Shown here piece by piece: positions 50,572-60,442 of a stretch of DNA of 64,000 nt. A program made the translations under genes and the position numbers. The stretch is from an uncultured Gammaproteobacteria bacterium. GTDB taxonomy: Bacteria; Cyanobacteriota; Vampirovibrionia; LMEP-6097. The stretch is taken from positions 9,294 to 73,293 of the forward strand of contig CAYTKM010000005.1 in assembly GCA_964438425.1 (NCBI GenBank), in the 5' to 3' direction. The notes below the pieces were generated by a model. That model was given only the letters and a program-made list of their open reading frames with translations, did no database searches and was not told where the DNA came from. Positions within the stretch are counted from its first letter, which is position 1; every line of letters starts with the position of its first letter.

Positions 50572-50976
50572 TTAAGCTTCAGCCTGATATAGAGTCTTAG
50601 TTATTTTATCTGTTATACCATTTAATGAGCTATCATCAAGCGGTTTAATTAAATAATCAAATACAAAGTCATATTTGAAAGCTTTTTCTTTATCAAGATC
50701 TTGATCAGAAGAGCTTAACATCACAATAGCAGGTCTTTTAGGAACATCAAGCTTACTATAGTGTTCTAAAAATTCATGTCCATCCATACGAGGCATATTT
50801 ATATCTAAAAAAATTAAATCAGGTTGCCTTTTTAAATTAATTAAAGTTTTTAAGGCTGATTTTCCATTTTCAGATTGAAAAATTTCAATCTCAGGGTCAT
50901 ACTCTTCAATAATTTCCTGACATAAAAACTGATCACCTTCGCAATCATCTATGACCATAACCGACTTTATTTTCAT
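50572..50976 (-). CDS. single-domain response regulator (CheY-like receiver)
   Basis: VMVIDD...LDINMPRMDG and conserved K (LIKP). 134 aa. Confidence 0.7.
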   Translation of the reverse strand: MKIKSVMVIDDCEGDQFLCQEIIEEYDPEIEIFQSENGKSALKTLINLKRQPDLIFLDINMPRMDGHEFLEHYSKLDVPKRPAIVMLSSSDQDLDKEKAFKYDFVFDYLIKPLDDSSLNGITDKITKTLYQAEA

Positions 50977-51322
50977 AATTTAGTATAGGGTTGTTACTAT
51001 TACCTGCTAATATCATACCACTTTAATTAATCGCTTAATTAATTAAATAAATAATTTTAAAATTTCTAGAGTAAGTTTAACCTCTAACTCAGTTTGAAGA
51101 AAGTATGGTTTAAATGTTATTTCTAGTAGTCTCTTAAAGTATTAAAGCTTACAACAGCTGGATTTAATATTAATCCATATACTTTTTATTATGAAGTAAA
51201 TAATATTTATTAAGTTACATTTTCATCTTCATAAATTATAATTGTGTATACCCAAATTGATTAAAAAATTAAGAACTAATTTTTTAATTTGACCTGAAAC
51301 TTTTTAAGCTAAAATAGTTAAA

Positions 51323-52612
51323 GTGAATAAAAATATAAGAGTAATCCTAACCTATGGAAGAAGTGTGATGGCATTAACTGTGGCGCATAATTTAGCTAAA
51401 CATGGTGTTGAAGTAATCGGCAGTGATTCATTAGATTTAACTTTACTTAAATTCTCTAAATATACACATGAACACTTTTTATATACTGATCCAGCTGAAT
51501 CTGAAGAAAAGTTTATCGATGATCTTGAAAAGAACATTATAAAGTTTAAACCTAATGATACTCATGTTAAATATGTATTAATGCCTATTCATAATGAAAC
51601 TATGGTTATAGCTAAACATAAAGACAGGTTATCTAAAAATATTTTAGTTGCCTGCCCTGATTATGAGACCTTAAGTAAAGTTTTTTCTAAAGATGACTTT
51701 GCTAGACAAGCTAAGCTTTCTCGTATAAAAACTCCATTAACTTTTAATGTAAATAATGGCACTGAACTTAATAGCTTTAAGGATGACTATTGCTTCCCAG
51801 CTATGATTAAACCTTTAAGCGAAACGGGGGGACGTGGTATTAGCAAAGTTGAAAATTTTGTCGAGCTGGAACATGCTTACCATGATATTCAATCTAGTCA
51901 AGAACAAACTGTAGTAGTTCAGGAGTACGTTACTGGTGAAGATTATTGCGTAGCTGCTATTTTTGATCGAGGTAACTTAAAAGCTCATATGGCGTACACT
52001 AATATCTACACTTATCCAGAAGAGTCTGGAGCTGGCTGTCTTAGAGAAACAGTTGATGATCAGGCTTTTTATGAAGATATTAAAAAGATAGGACAGGATT
52101 TAAACTGGCACGGTATTGTTCAGTTTGATTTTATGTGGGATAAAAAACATAAACCATACATGATAGAAATTAATCCCAGATTCTGGGGTGGTATTTTTCA
52201 GTCTATTGAGTCAGATATAGAGTTTCCATGGTTATTATTAAAGCTAACTTTAGGTGAAGAGCTAGCTGATGACATTACTGCCAGCATCGGCACCCAAAGT
52301 AAAATACCTCTTTTATGGATGGTACCAGCCTTGCAAGACGCTATTCAAACTGACGATCAGTTAGCTGAACTTAAAAGTTTAGTTGAAAGCGACCAAGGCT
52401 TTTTATCAAATCTATTTAATTTTGGTAAATATCTATTAAATCAAGATGTCTCACGCAGCTTCGAAAATATAAAAAAAGTTTTTAATGAATATAAAGAAAG
52501 TGAAGATGAATTTTTCCTAAAAGATGATCCTAAAGCTATTTTAGGTGTACTATATGTAGTAAGTTCGCTTCAAAAAAATGGTGAGCTACCAATGGAGGTG
52601 AAGTTTGAGTAG
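51323..52612 (+). CDS. ATP-grasp domain ligase
   Basis: ATP-grasp signatures (PAMIKP..GGRGI, VVQEYV.GEDY, EINPRF). Overlaps the next gene by 8 nt. Confidence 0.6.
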   Translation: MNKNIRVILTYGRSVMALTVAHNLAKHGVEVIGSDSLDLTLLKFSKYTHEHFLYTDPAESEEKFIDDLEKNIIKFKPNDTHVKYVLMPIHNETMVIAKHKDRLSKNILVACPDYETLSKVFSKDDFARQAKLSRIKTPLTFNVNNGTELNSFKDDYCFPAMIKPLSETGGRGISKVENFVELEHAYHDIQSSQEQTVVVQEYVTGEDYCVAAIFDRGNLKAHMAYTNIYTYPEESGAGCLRETVDDQAFYEDIKKIGQDLNWHGIVQFDFMWDKKHKPYMIEINPRFWGGIFQSIESDIEFPWLLLKLTLGEELADDITASIGTQSKIPLLWMVPALQDAIQTDDQLAELKSLVESDQGFLSNLFNFGKYLLNQDVSRSFENIKKVFNEYKESEDEFFLKDDPKAILGVLYVVSSLQKNGELPMEVKFE

Positions 52613-53327
52613 ACCAGTTATCGGTATAAGTCGTTCACAAATTGCTAAAGTTGACTTTGGATATTACGCCTTTGCTTTTGCTATCTGGCTTATGGGAGGT
52701 CAGCCCTTAGCTTTAGATGAAAGCAGTCACGAACGAAAAATTGATGGGCTAATTTTAGGTGGCGGCACAGATATAGATCCAGAATTATACTCAGAGAAAC
52801 CTAAACTTGACTATACCTATGATCATAAACGTGATGATCTAGAAGCTTTTTGGTTAAAACAAGCTGATCAGAAAGATATACCAGTGCTTGCTATTTGTCG
52901 CGGCTCACAAATGATGAATGTCCAAAATGGAGGTACTCTTCATATGGATATCTCTAAAGTCTACGAAAATGCTGAATATCCAAGTGGTATTTTTTCTTAT
53001 ATGTTTTTCAGAAAACCTATCAATATTGAAGAAGGCACTATTTTAAATCGTATTTCTAATCTAAAAACATATATGGTTAATTCTCTTCATAAACAGTCTG
53101 TAGCTACTGTAGGTGAAGAAATGATTATAGCCGCAACAGAGCCCAATGGTGTAGTTCAAGGGATCGAAAACCCTAATAAAAAGTTTTATATGGGCTTGCA
53201 ATTTCATCCTGAATTGATGATGCATAGAAAATTCTGTAGAGCTATCTTCGCTAAATTAATTGAAGCCGCCGAACACCACAGACATAACTTAGGTAAATTA
53301 GAAGATTTAGAAGTTGTGCACTCTTAA
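52605..53327 (+). CDS. class I glutamine amidotransferase-like / peptidase C26 (gamma-glutamyl hydrolase family)
   Basis: AICRGSQMMNV catalytic Cys and LQFHPE His-Pro-Glu motif. Confidence 0.7.
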   Translation: MSRPVIGISRSQIAKVDFGYYAFAFAIWLMGGQPLALDESSHERKIDGLILGGGTDIDPELYSEKPKLDYTYDHKRDDLEAFWLKQADQKDIPVLAICRGSQMMNVQNGGTLHMDISKVYENAEYPSGIFSYMFFRKPINIEEGTILNRISNLKTYMVNSLHKQSVATVGEEMIIAATEPNGVVQGIENPNKKFYMGLQFHPELMMHRKFCRAIFAKLIEAAEHHRHNLGKLEDLEVVHS

Positions 53328-53368
53328 GTTTTAGTAAGACTGCATAACTAACTATTTAATCTACTCTT

Positions 53369-54664
53369 CTAAGCGAAGTATCTTTCCATAAATTTTCTAC
53401 TATTTTCGTGAGAATCCCATTCTGGCCATTCACCTTTATCATTATAAAAACCTAAAGTTCCGCGCTCAGTACCATCATCAGCATTATCATTTAAACTTCT
53501 GATGTGCGTTAAACCAAAATCTGGACCTTTATAATTTAAAGTAGCGTGATTATACATATGTGAGTTAGTACCCCATATTTGCGCTAACATATTATCAGAT
53601 AATGGAGCTGTGTTAGCACCTACATCATCAAGAATTTCTCTAACTTTTGCGCCATCACCAGCAATAGCAGCTATCGTAGCATCACCAGCAACTTTAGATA
53701 ATTTATCATTATCCATGTATAAAGCATCACCTAAAGTTTTAGCTGCCACTGCGTCATTAAGTACAGTTAAAGCTCCTGCCATTTTCAAATCATCAGTTTT
53801 AGCTGCTGAGTATTTACTTTCATCCTGAGTATATTCATTTAAGAAACTTAACCCATCCATACCCATAGCTGCTGCTGCAGCCATAGTATCATCTATATCA
53901 AGTGCATGACCCATTTCAGGTCCAGTATGACCAGTATGACCTGTATGACCGCCATCTATAAAAGTTCGATCTAGTAATTCTATAGTACCATCGTCATCAA
54001 TTTTATTACTTAAAGCGTCATATACTTCTTGCGGAGCTCTTGGAGCGTCTGTAAGAACTTCGTTAGATTCTCTAGCTGGCATTGAATGCCCCATAGCTGC
54101 ATGCTCATCTTCAGAGTGTCCCATTTCATCAGCGCTCACATTAGAGTGATCCATACCAGACATATTAGCGCTGCTAGTAGCAGCTTCAGAGTCTCCCATA
54201 ATTTCAGGATTATTTGCATCTACTGACATTTCTTTAGCATGATCATCTGCTGAGTGCATTGAATGATCCATATTCATTTTTTCGCTAGGTGCCATAGTAC
54301 TATTTACTACTTCTTCAGCTGGCAAAGCACTTGAATCACTAGAGCTTGAAGATGAGAATGAACTACCAGGTTCTTTACCATCTAAAGGATTTTCTTTACC
54401 AGCGATTTTACCATTTGGCATTGCCATTTGCATGACACCTTGCAAAAAGTTCATAATAGTACTAAATACTTTTTCACCAGCTTGATTACCGGTATTTAAA
54501 CCATTTTGTTGAAACATATTAGTAATGCCATCTAAAATTTCAACCGATTGAGTTTGAAATAAGTGATTACCTGATTTCACTTCATTTTCTAAGTTATTTA
54601 CTTGCTGTGCTTGCTGCTCTAATTTTTTTTGCTCATCTACAGCTAAGTTATTAATATTATTCAT
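53369..54664 (-). CDS. Met/His-rich hypothetical protein
   Basis: MDHSMHSADDHAKEM and MDHSNVSADEMGHSEDEHAAMGHSM segments, a GHTGHTGHTG repeat and a poly-Ser run. No catalytic motif. Confidence 0.5.
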   Translation of the reverse strand: MNNINNLAVDEQKKLEQQAQQVNNLENEVKSGNHLFQTQSVEILDGITNMFQQNGLNTGNQAGEKVFSTIMNFLQGVMQMAMPNGKIAGKENPLDGKEPGSSFSSSSSSDSSALPAEEVVNSTMAPSEKMNMDHSMHSADDHAKEMSVDANNPEIMGDSEAATSSANMSGMDHSNVSADEMGHSEDEHAAMGHSMPARESNEVLTDAPRAPQEVYDALSNKIDDDGTIELLDRTFIDGGHTGHTGHTGPEMGHALDIDDTMAAAAAMGMDGLSFLNEYTQDESKYSAAKTDDLKMAGALTVLNDAVAAKTLGDALYMDNDKLSKVAGDATIAAIAGDGAKVREILDDVGANTAPLSDNMLAQIWGTNSHMYNHATLNYKGPDFGLTHIRSLNDNADDGTERGTLGFYNDKGEWPEWDSHENSRKFMERYFA

Positions 54665-54832
54665 TTATTATTTGCTCCTAAGGGAATATTTGTCCAACAA
54701 ACTGAATATTAAAGTAAGAATGTTAACTGGTGGTTATCTTAAGCAAAAGTTTTACTAATACAAATTTGTTTAGAAAGTAACATTAAACTATTAAAAGTAA
54801 AATATTATTAGTACCAAAAGTATTCATAATTA

Positions 54833-54872
54833 TAAAAAAGAGGTTACCAAGTTGTTTGGTAACCTCTTTTAA
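54833..54872 (-). terminator. intrinsic terminator downstream of fba
   Basis: An 11-bp perfect stem (agaggttacca/tggtaacctct) with an 8-nt loop, followed on the minus strand by a T6 run. Confidence 0.6.
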
Positions 54873-54940
54873 CGTATTATTCTAAAGATTTTAGACTATA
54901 TCTTTAGAACATTAGATATCTTAACTGTAGTTAGTTAATA

Positions 54941-55978
54941 CTAAGCCATAGCTTTAGCTTTGCACATAGTTTGTCCAGCAGACTTAAGGTCCTGACAAGC
55001 TTGTACAATACGCTGAGACATGTTCTCTTCAGCTTTTTTCAAATAAGATCTTGGGTCATAGACTTTTTTATTACCTACTTCGCCTTCAACCTTCAATACA
55101 CCATCATAGTTTTTGAACATATGCTCAACTATAGGTCTAGTGAAAGTGTACTGAGTATCAGTATCAATATTCATTTTAACTACACCATAGTCTAAAGTTT
55201 CATGAATATCTTTAAGATCAGAACCTGAACCACCATGGAAAACTAATAAATGTTCGTTGTCGAATTTAGATTTAACTGCTTCCTGACCGTCTTTTAGGAT
55301 AGTAGGCTTCAATTTAACGTTACCAGGCTTATACACACCATGCACATTACCAAAAGTTGCAGCAAACATGAATCTATCACACAATGGATCTAAAGCTTCC
55401 CATACTTTCACCATATCTTCAGGTGTAGTATAAAGTTTGTCATTAGGTAACGCTGAGTTATCGACACCATCTTCTTCTCCACCAACTACGCCGGCTTCAA
55501 CTTCTAAAATGATTTGATTATCATTACATTCTTTAATTAATTCTTTAGCAATCTTTAGGTTTTCTTCTAAAGGTAACTCTGAACCATCAAACATATGAGA
55601 GTGGAATAGGTTAGGTAAACCTTTAGCTCTTCTCTCAGCAGTTTTTTGGATTAATGGTCTTAAAAAACTATCTACTTTTTTAGGTTGGCAATGATCAGTA
55701 TGTAAAGCGATCATTACATCGTATTTCTCAGCTAAAATATGAATAGCGTTAGCTAATACTTCAGCACCTAAAACAGCGTCTTTTTGGTCTAAACCAGAAG
55801 CGAATTCACCACCACCAGTAGAAACCTGGATGATACCATCTGATTTAGCTTCAGCTAAACCTTTTAAAGTAGCATTAATAGTAGCGATTGAAGTTATATT
55901 AACAGCTGGATAAGCAAAATTATGTTTCTTAGCTCTATCTAGCATTTCACAGTATTGTTCGTATGTTGCAACAGGCAT
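54941..55978 (-). CDS. fba: fructose-bisphosphate aldolase, class II
   Basis: N-terminal MPVATYEQYCEMLDRAKKHNFAYPAVN and zinc-ligand His motifs (HTDH, HGGSG). Confidence 0.85.
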   Translation of the reverse strand: MPVATYEQYCEMLDRAKKHNFAYPAVNITSIATINATLKGLAEAKSDGIIQVSTGGGEFASGLDQKDAVLGAEVLANAIHILAEKYDVMIALHTDHCQPKKVDSFLRPLIQKTAERRAKGLPNLFHSHMFDGSELPLEENLKIAKELIKECNDNQIILEVEAGVVGGEEDGVDNSALPNDKLYTTPEDMVKVWEALDPLCDRFMFAATFGNVHGVYKPGNVKLKPTILKDGQEAVKSKFDNEHLLVFHGGSGSDLKDIHETLDYGVVKMNIDTDTQYTFTRPIVEHMFKNYDGVLKVEGEVGNKKVYDPRSYLKKAEENMSQRIVQACQDLKSAGQTMCKAKAMA

Positions 55979-56087
55979 AAATATCTCCTTAAATAAATTA
56001 TATGTCTAGCTTTAAAAATAACATACTATGTGACCCCTTAACACTTTATTTGTTAAGGTAAGCTCAGCAAAAATGATATTTTTAAGT

Positions 56088-59000
56088 TTATCTTAAAGTT
56101 GGAAAGCTATTAACTTCTAATTTCCAGATCTTTTCAAAATCCCAACCAGCATATGTGCTGGCATCCATTAATTCAGTAGCAGTTTTAGCAGCTAACTTAT
56201 TATCGATAAAACCAGCAAAGTCTTGATCATAGTAAACACTACTTAAACTGCTTTTAGCATTATTAAAACTTAGATTAGTCCTTCTGCGTTTAGCCTCAAG
56301 TTTGACACGCAAGTAACTATTGTTAAAGCTAGCTTTTTTGTTTTTAAAGGTTAAAGCTGCGCTGTGTCTGTTATCGCTATTAAGCGTTAAATCATTAAAA
56401 TAACTATTTTCAAAAGCAGAGTTTCTAAAGTTAATTGCTAAACCTGCCACTTTGCGTTTAGCATTAAAAACGCTGTTTTCAATAGAAATACGTTCTATAA
56501 AGCTGCCTCTAATAGTAGTCGCTAAGCCAGCAGTATTTTTTGCCTGCATGTTTATGCTATCTAGCTCAATATTACTTATAGTTGATTGACGAATACGTTT
56601 ACCAAATAAAGCAGCTTGCTTACTATTAGTGATAGTCAAATTCTCGAAAATAAGGTCTTGAACATTAGCTCCATCTAAAGCATTAAAAAAACCTTTACCT
56701 TCAATATTCAGATTACTAATTTTATGATTCCAACCAAGCAAATTACCTCTAAATACTGGCATAGCATTTAAACTGGCACCATTACAATCAATATCATTAG
56801 TTAGCGCAAAATCAAGGTAATTAGGATTATTTAGCTGCAAAAGCTCATTGCAGGTGCGTATTAGTTTTTCATCAGCAACATCAGTCACATTTACATTAAC
56901 GGTCTGGGTTAACTGCTGATTTAAACCTTGCACTTCTATATTTAACTGATGACTTTGTGCTGCTTCGTAGTTAAGTGAGCGTTTAGTAAAAATTCGATTA
57001 TTTATTATATCAAAATTATCTTGGTTATCAATTAATTTATAGCTGATGCTGGCTTCAGCTGGTGCATTAATCAACTCTAAATTCGCTACTAGATAATTTA
57101 TGCCAGCATTTTCCGGCACTGTAAAATCTTTCAACTTCAGTTCAGGGTTAGCCTGAATTTCTAAAATAAGCTCTTTAGTAAAAGTATTTGCTGAGCTGTC
57201 TAAAACTCTAAATCTTAGTTTATAGCTAGCTTGAGTTAACTTAGCTATTGTAAACAGTTCAGTACCAACTAGTTTAAAAGGAGAATTAGTAGTTAAGAGC
57301 TCTAAAGTAAAAGTATCGTCAATATCAGCATCTATAATCTTAACTTCAGCTATCAAAGTATCAGTACTAAGGTCGCTTGCAAGTTCGGTTTTATAGTCAA
57401 GTATTAGATCACTTGGAGCTGTGTTACTAATATTATCTGTAAACACCAGCTGAAACTTTTTAATATGACTCAGACTAGTACTATCCGTAGCTCTGATATT
57501 CAATTCTACCTGCTCGCCGACTACATAACCAGAAGCAGTTTGAGCAAGCCTGAGTTCATCATTTACTATAGTAAATAGACCTATAGCTTCACCATTTTTA
57601 TTTTTCTGAGTAAGGATTTTAAAAGTATGCTGATCATCAAAATCTGGATCAATAGCATTTAAACGACTAATTAAAGTACCTTTAGACGCGCCGATGAGAA
57701 CTCTAGTACTTGAAAGTAAAATATCTGAAGGCGCGCTACCAGCATTTGCAGGAATATAATCAATATTTTTTAAAAATGGATAAGCGTTAGTAATGGACCA
57801 GTATGTTTCAAAACTCCATTGATTGAAGCTAGCTTTATCTTGCATTTCAGCAGTAGTTAAACCAGTAGCCCCGGCACTTTGTTGCTCCCCTGAGCGCTCT
57901 AGATCATAGTAACAGTTAGAAACCCTAGTTAAATTGTCTCTACCAGCTACAAAAGCTCCCATAGAAGTTGTGCCCGTAACTAAACCAAGACTGTATGATC
58001 TATCAACAACTGTATTGCCATCATACATGTAACCTACTATGCCTGCACCAAATTTAGTAGCATTAACATTCGCTTCACTGTATGAGTTTTGAATGATACT
58101 ATTTTGCATCGAACCGATTAAACCGCCAACATCTTCCTCACCTGTAATATCACCAGTTGAAAATGAACTGACAATAATTGAATCATCGAAAGCATAGCCC
58201 ATAAAAGCACCTGTGAAATTAGCACCCTTAACACTTATATTTTGCAACCCTAAATCAAAAATAATACAGTTGCGCGCTGCTCCAAGCAAACCTACATCAT
58301 CTCTAGCTGACTGATCAATTTGTAAATTTAAAACTATAAATCCTTTACCATCGATGAGCATTTTATAAGATGGCTTAGCATATGTACTTGCAGGTACATA
58401 TGATGTCCCAGCACAGTTAATGTGCTGACCCAAATCAAAATCTAAACCATAAAATTCGTCAGACAATGGATAATTAATAGCAGCAATCAGTTCTTCGCAG
58501 TTATTAACCAGTAATCTTTCAGCCTGATAGATAAAACTTTCTTCAGTACTATAAAAATTGCCATCAACATCAAATGTAGTGATTTTGACTTTATATTCAC
58601 CTGCTAATTGAGGATCATAAGTTTCATAAAAACTTTTAATATCAATATTATCAAGTATTAAATCATTTTCTATACTAGAAAAGCCCTGATAAATCTCAAC
58701 CCAAGGTAAACCAGTTAGATTCTTGCGGATTTCAACCTTAAAACTAGTTAAATTCTCAGCACTAACCGTTCCCTGCAACCTAACATTTTCATTTAAGCGT
58801 CCTAAAAAAGAATTTTTATCTGATAAAACTTCAAATTCGATATTTGCTGGCACATAGTCAACCTGAGATACTTTTTCTAAATTTAATAAGCCTGAACCAA
58901 TACTGGAATTAGCTAGCTGATCAGTTTCATTTTTAATAGCTATCTCAAGCTGCTGCGGTGTGAAATTAGGTCTTAAAGACTTTAAAATAGCTGCTGCGCC

Positions 59001-60398
59001 AGCTACGTGTGGAGTTGCCATCGAAGTGCCAGAGAGACGATAATAAGAATGACCATCAACCCCATCTAAAACCTTAAGGTCGGGATCACCCTTAGCTATA
59101 TTATGACTATCATCCATAGTAGACACTATATTATTTTTATCACCACCAGGAGCAGCAATATCCACAGCACTACCAAAGTTAGAATAAGAAGCTTTTTCTT
59201 GATTAACATTTACAGCAGCCACTACTAAATTAGATTTAATATTACCTGGTAGATATAAACCAGCATTATCGTTTTCATTACCAGCAGCTACAACCGATAA
59301 AACTCCTTGAGAATATGCATATTCAAAAGCACTTTCAAGTACAAAACTATCGCCTAAACCACCCCATGAAGCATTTATGATATCTGCGCCGTTATCAGTA
59401 GCATAGACAATCGCTTCAGAAAGATCAGTATCAGAACCGACACCTTTATTGTTAAGAGCCTTAACTGCCATTAATCTGGCTTTAGGTGCCACACCTACTA
59501 TACCTAGAGCATTATCAGCACTAGCTGCAAGCGTACCTGCGATATGAGTTCCGTGTCCATGATCATCTAAAGGTCTATAATATTTTTTAGAGCCCACATT
59601 AGCAAGAGCATTAATTCCTAGACTATTTTCTAAGACTTCATTATCTTCGATTTTGCCATTAGCATTTACATCTAAATCTTGATAATCAACGCGACCATCA
59701 AAATTAAGGTCATCTACTACAGCTGGATTAACCCAAATATTTTCAATTAAATCAGGATGATTATACGAAATGCCAGAATCTATAATCGCAACCACAGCTC
59801 CTTCACCTTGATTTATCTGCCAAGCAGCTTCAGCTTTTATTTGACGTAAACCCCATAAAATATCTTCATCATTAAACGGGTAAGTCTCTAACTCAGCAGC
59901 TGGTAAGTTGTATAAGGTATCATCTGGAACGCTATTTGCACTAAGTGTTTTTACAACTGAGATCTTTTCGATTTCTTGATCGTTTTTTAAGCTTGCATAG
60001 ATGTCTTCATTAGTTTCTAGTGCACTAAAATCGATTAAATAAATTCGGTCTAAGCCATATTTATGTTTTAAACTTTTCTTTTTAAATTTTCTTTTAGCAA
60101 ACTTGCTAGAAATTTGATTATTAGAACTACGCGCTGATTTAGCTGATACTGCAACCGACTCATTTTCCTCAAATAATTTTTTAACTTTGGCTTTGCGATG
60201 TTTTTTACTTAATTTGGCAGTTTTCGCTTTAAGATAATTTTCAACATAATCTTTATCGCTATGTTTAGTCATAACAACAAATTGCGACATTTTTTTATCT
60301 TTAGTAGGACTTTTTACTCGTGCAAGTACGTTTAGCTTTGCACAAAGCATAATAATAAGCACGATATAAAAACGTTTTAACATTGATGGCCCTACCAA
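56088..60398 (-). CDS. secreted S8 (subtilisin-like) serine peptidase with GLUG-type repeats
   Basis: Signal peptide. Asp (VVAIIDSGI), His (HGTHIAGT) and Ser (GTSMATPHVAG) catalytic motifs. The long C-terminal region has G.GGLIG-type repeats. 1436 aa. Confidence 0.8.
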   Translation of the reverse strand: MVGPSMLKRFYIVLIIMLCAKLNVLARVKSPTKDKKMSQFVVMTKHSDKDYVENYLKAKTAKLSKKHRKAKVKKLFEENESVAVSAKSARSSNNQISSKFAKRKFKKKSLKHKYGLDRIYLIDFSALETNEDIYASLKNDQEIEKISVVKTLSANSVPDDTLYNLPAAELETYPFNDEDILWGLRQIKAEAAWQINQGEGAVVAIIDSGISYNHPDLIENIWVNPAVVDDLNFDGRVDYQDLDVNANGKIEDNEVLENSLGINALANVGSKKYYRPLDDHGHGTHIAGTLAASADNALGIVGVAPKARLMAVKALNNKGVGSDTDLSEAIVYATDNGADIINASWGGLGDSFVLESAFEYAYSQGVLSVVAAGNENDNAGLYLPGNIKSNLVVAAVNVNQEKASYSNFGSAVDIAAPGGDKNNIVSTMDDSHNIAKGDPDLKVLDGVDGHSYYRLSGTSMATPHVAGAAAILKSLRPNFTPQQLEIAIKNETDQLANSSIGSGLLNLEKVSQVDYVPANIEFEVLSDKNSFLGRLNENVRLQGTVSAENLTSFKVEIRKNLTGLPWVEIYQGFSSIENDLILDNIDIKSFYETYDPQLAGEYKVKITTFDVDGNFYSTEESFIYQAERLLVNNCEELIAAINYPLSDEFYGLDFDLGQHINCAGTSYVPASTYAKPSYKMLIDGKGFIVLNLQIDQSARDDVGLLGAARNCIIFDLGLQNISVKGANFTGAFMGYAFDDSIIVSSFSTGDITGEEDVGGLIGSMQNSIIQNSYSEANVNATKFGAGIVGYMYDGNTVVDRSYSLGLVTGTTSMGAFVAGRDNLTRVSNCYYDLERSGEQQSAGATGLTTAEMQDKASFNQWSFETYWSITNAYPFLKNIDYIPANAGSAPSDILLSSTRVLIGASKGTLISRLNAIDPDFDDQHTFKILTQKNKNGEAIGLFTIVNDELRLAQTASGYVVGEQVELNIRATDSTSLSHIKKFQLVFTDNISNTAPSDLILDYKTELASDLSTDTLIAEVKIIDADIDDTFTLELLTTNSPFKLVGTELFTIAKLTQASYKLRFRVLDSSANTFTKELILEIQANPELKLKDFTVPENAGINYLVANLELINAPAEASISYKLIDNQDNFDIINNRIFTKRSLNYEAAQSHQLNIEVQGLNQQLTQTVNVNVTDVADEKLIRTCNELLQLNNPNYLDFALTNDIDCNGASLNAMPVFRGNLLGWNHKISNLNIEGKGFFNALDGANVQDLIFENLTITNSKQAALFGKRIRQSTISNIELDSINMQAKNTAGLATTIRGSFIERISIENSVFNAKRKVAGLAINFRNSAFENSYFNDLTLNSDNRHSAALTFKNKKASFNNSYLRVKLEAKRRRTNLSFNNAKSSLSSVYYDQDFAGFIDNKLAAKTATELMDASTYAGWDFEKIWKLEVNSFPTLR

Positions 60399-60442
60399 AT
60401 AATTCTCTATTAATAATTTAATAGCTAGTGGTTATTATGTAG

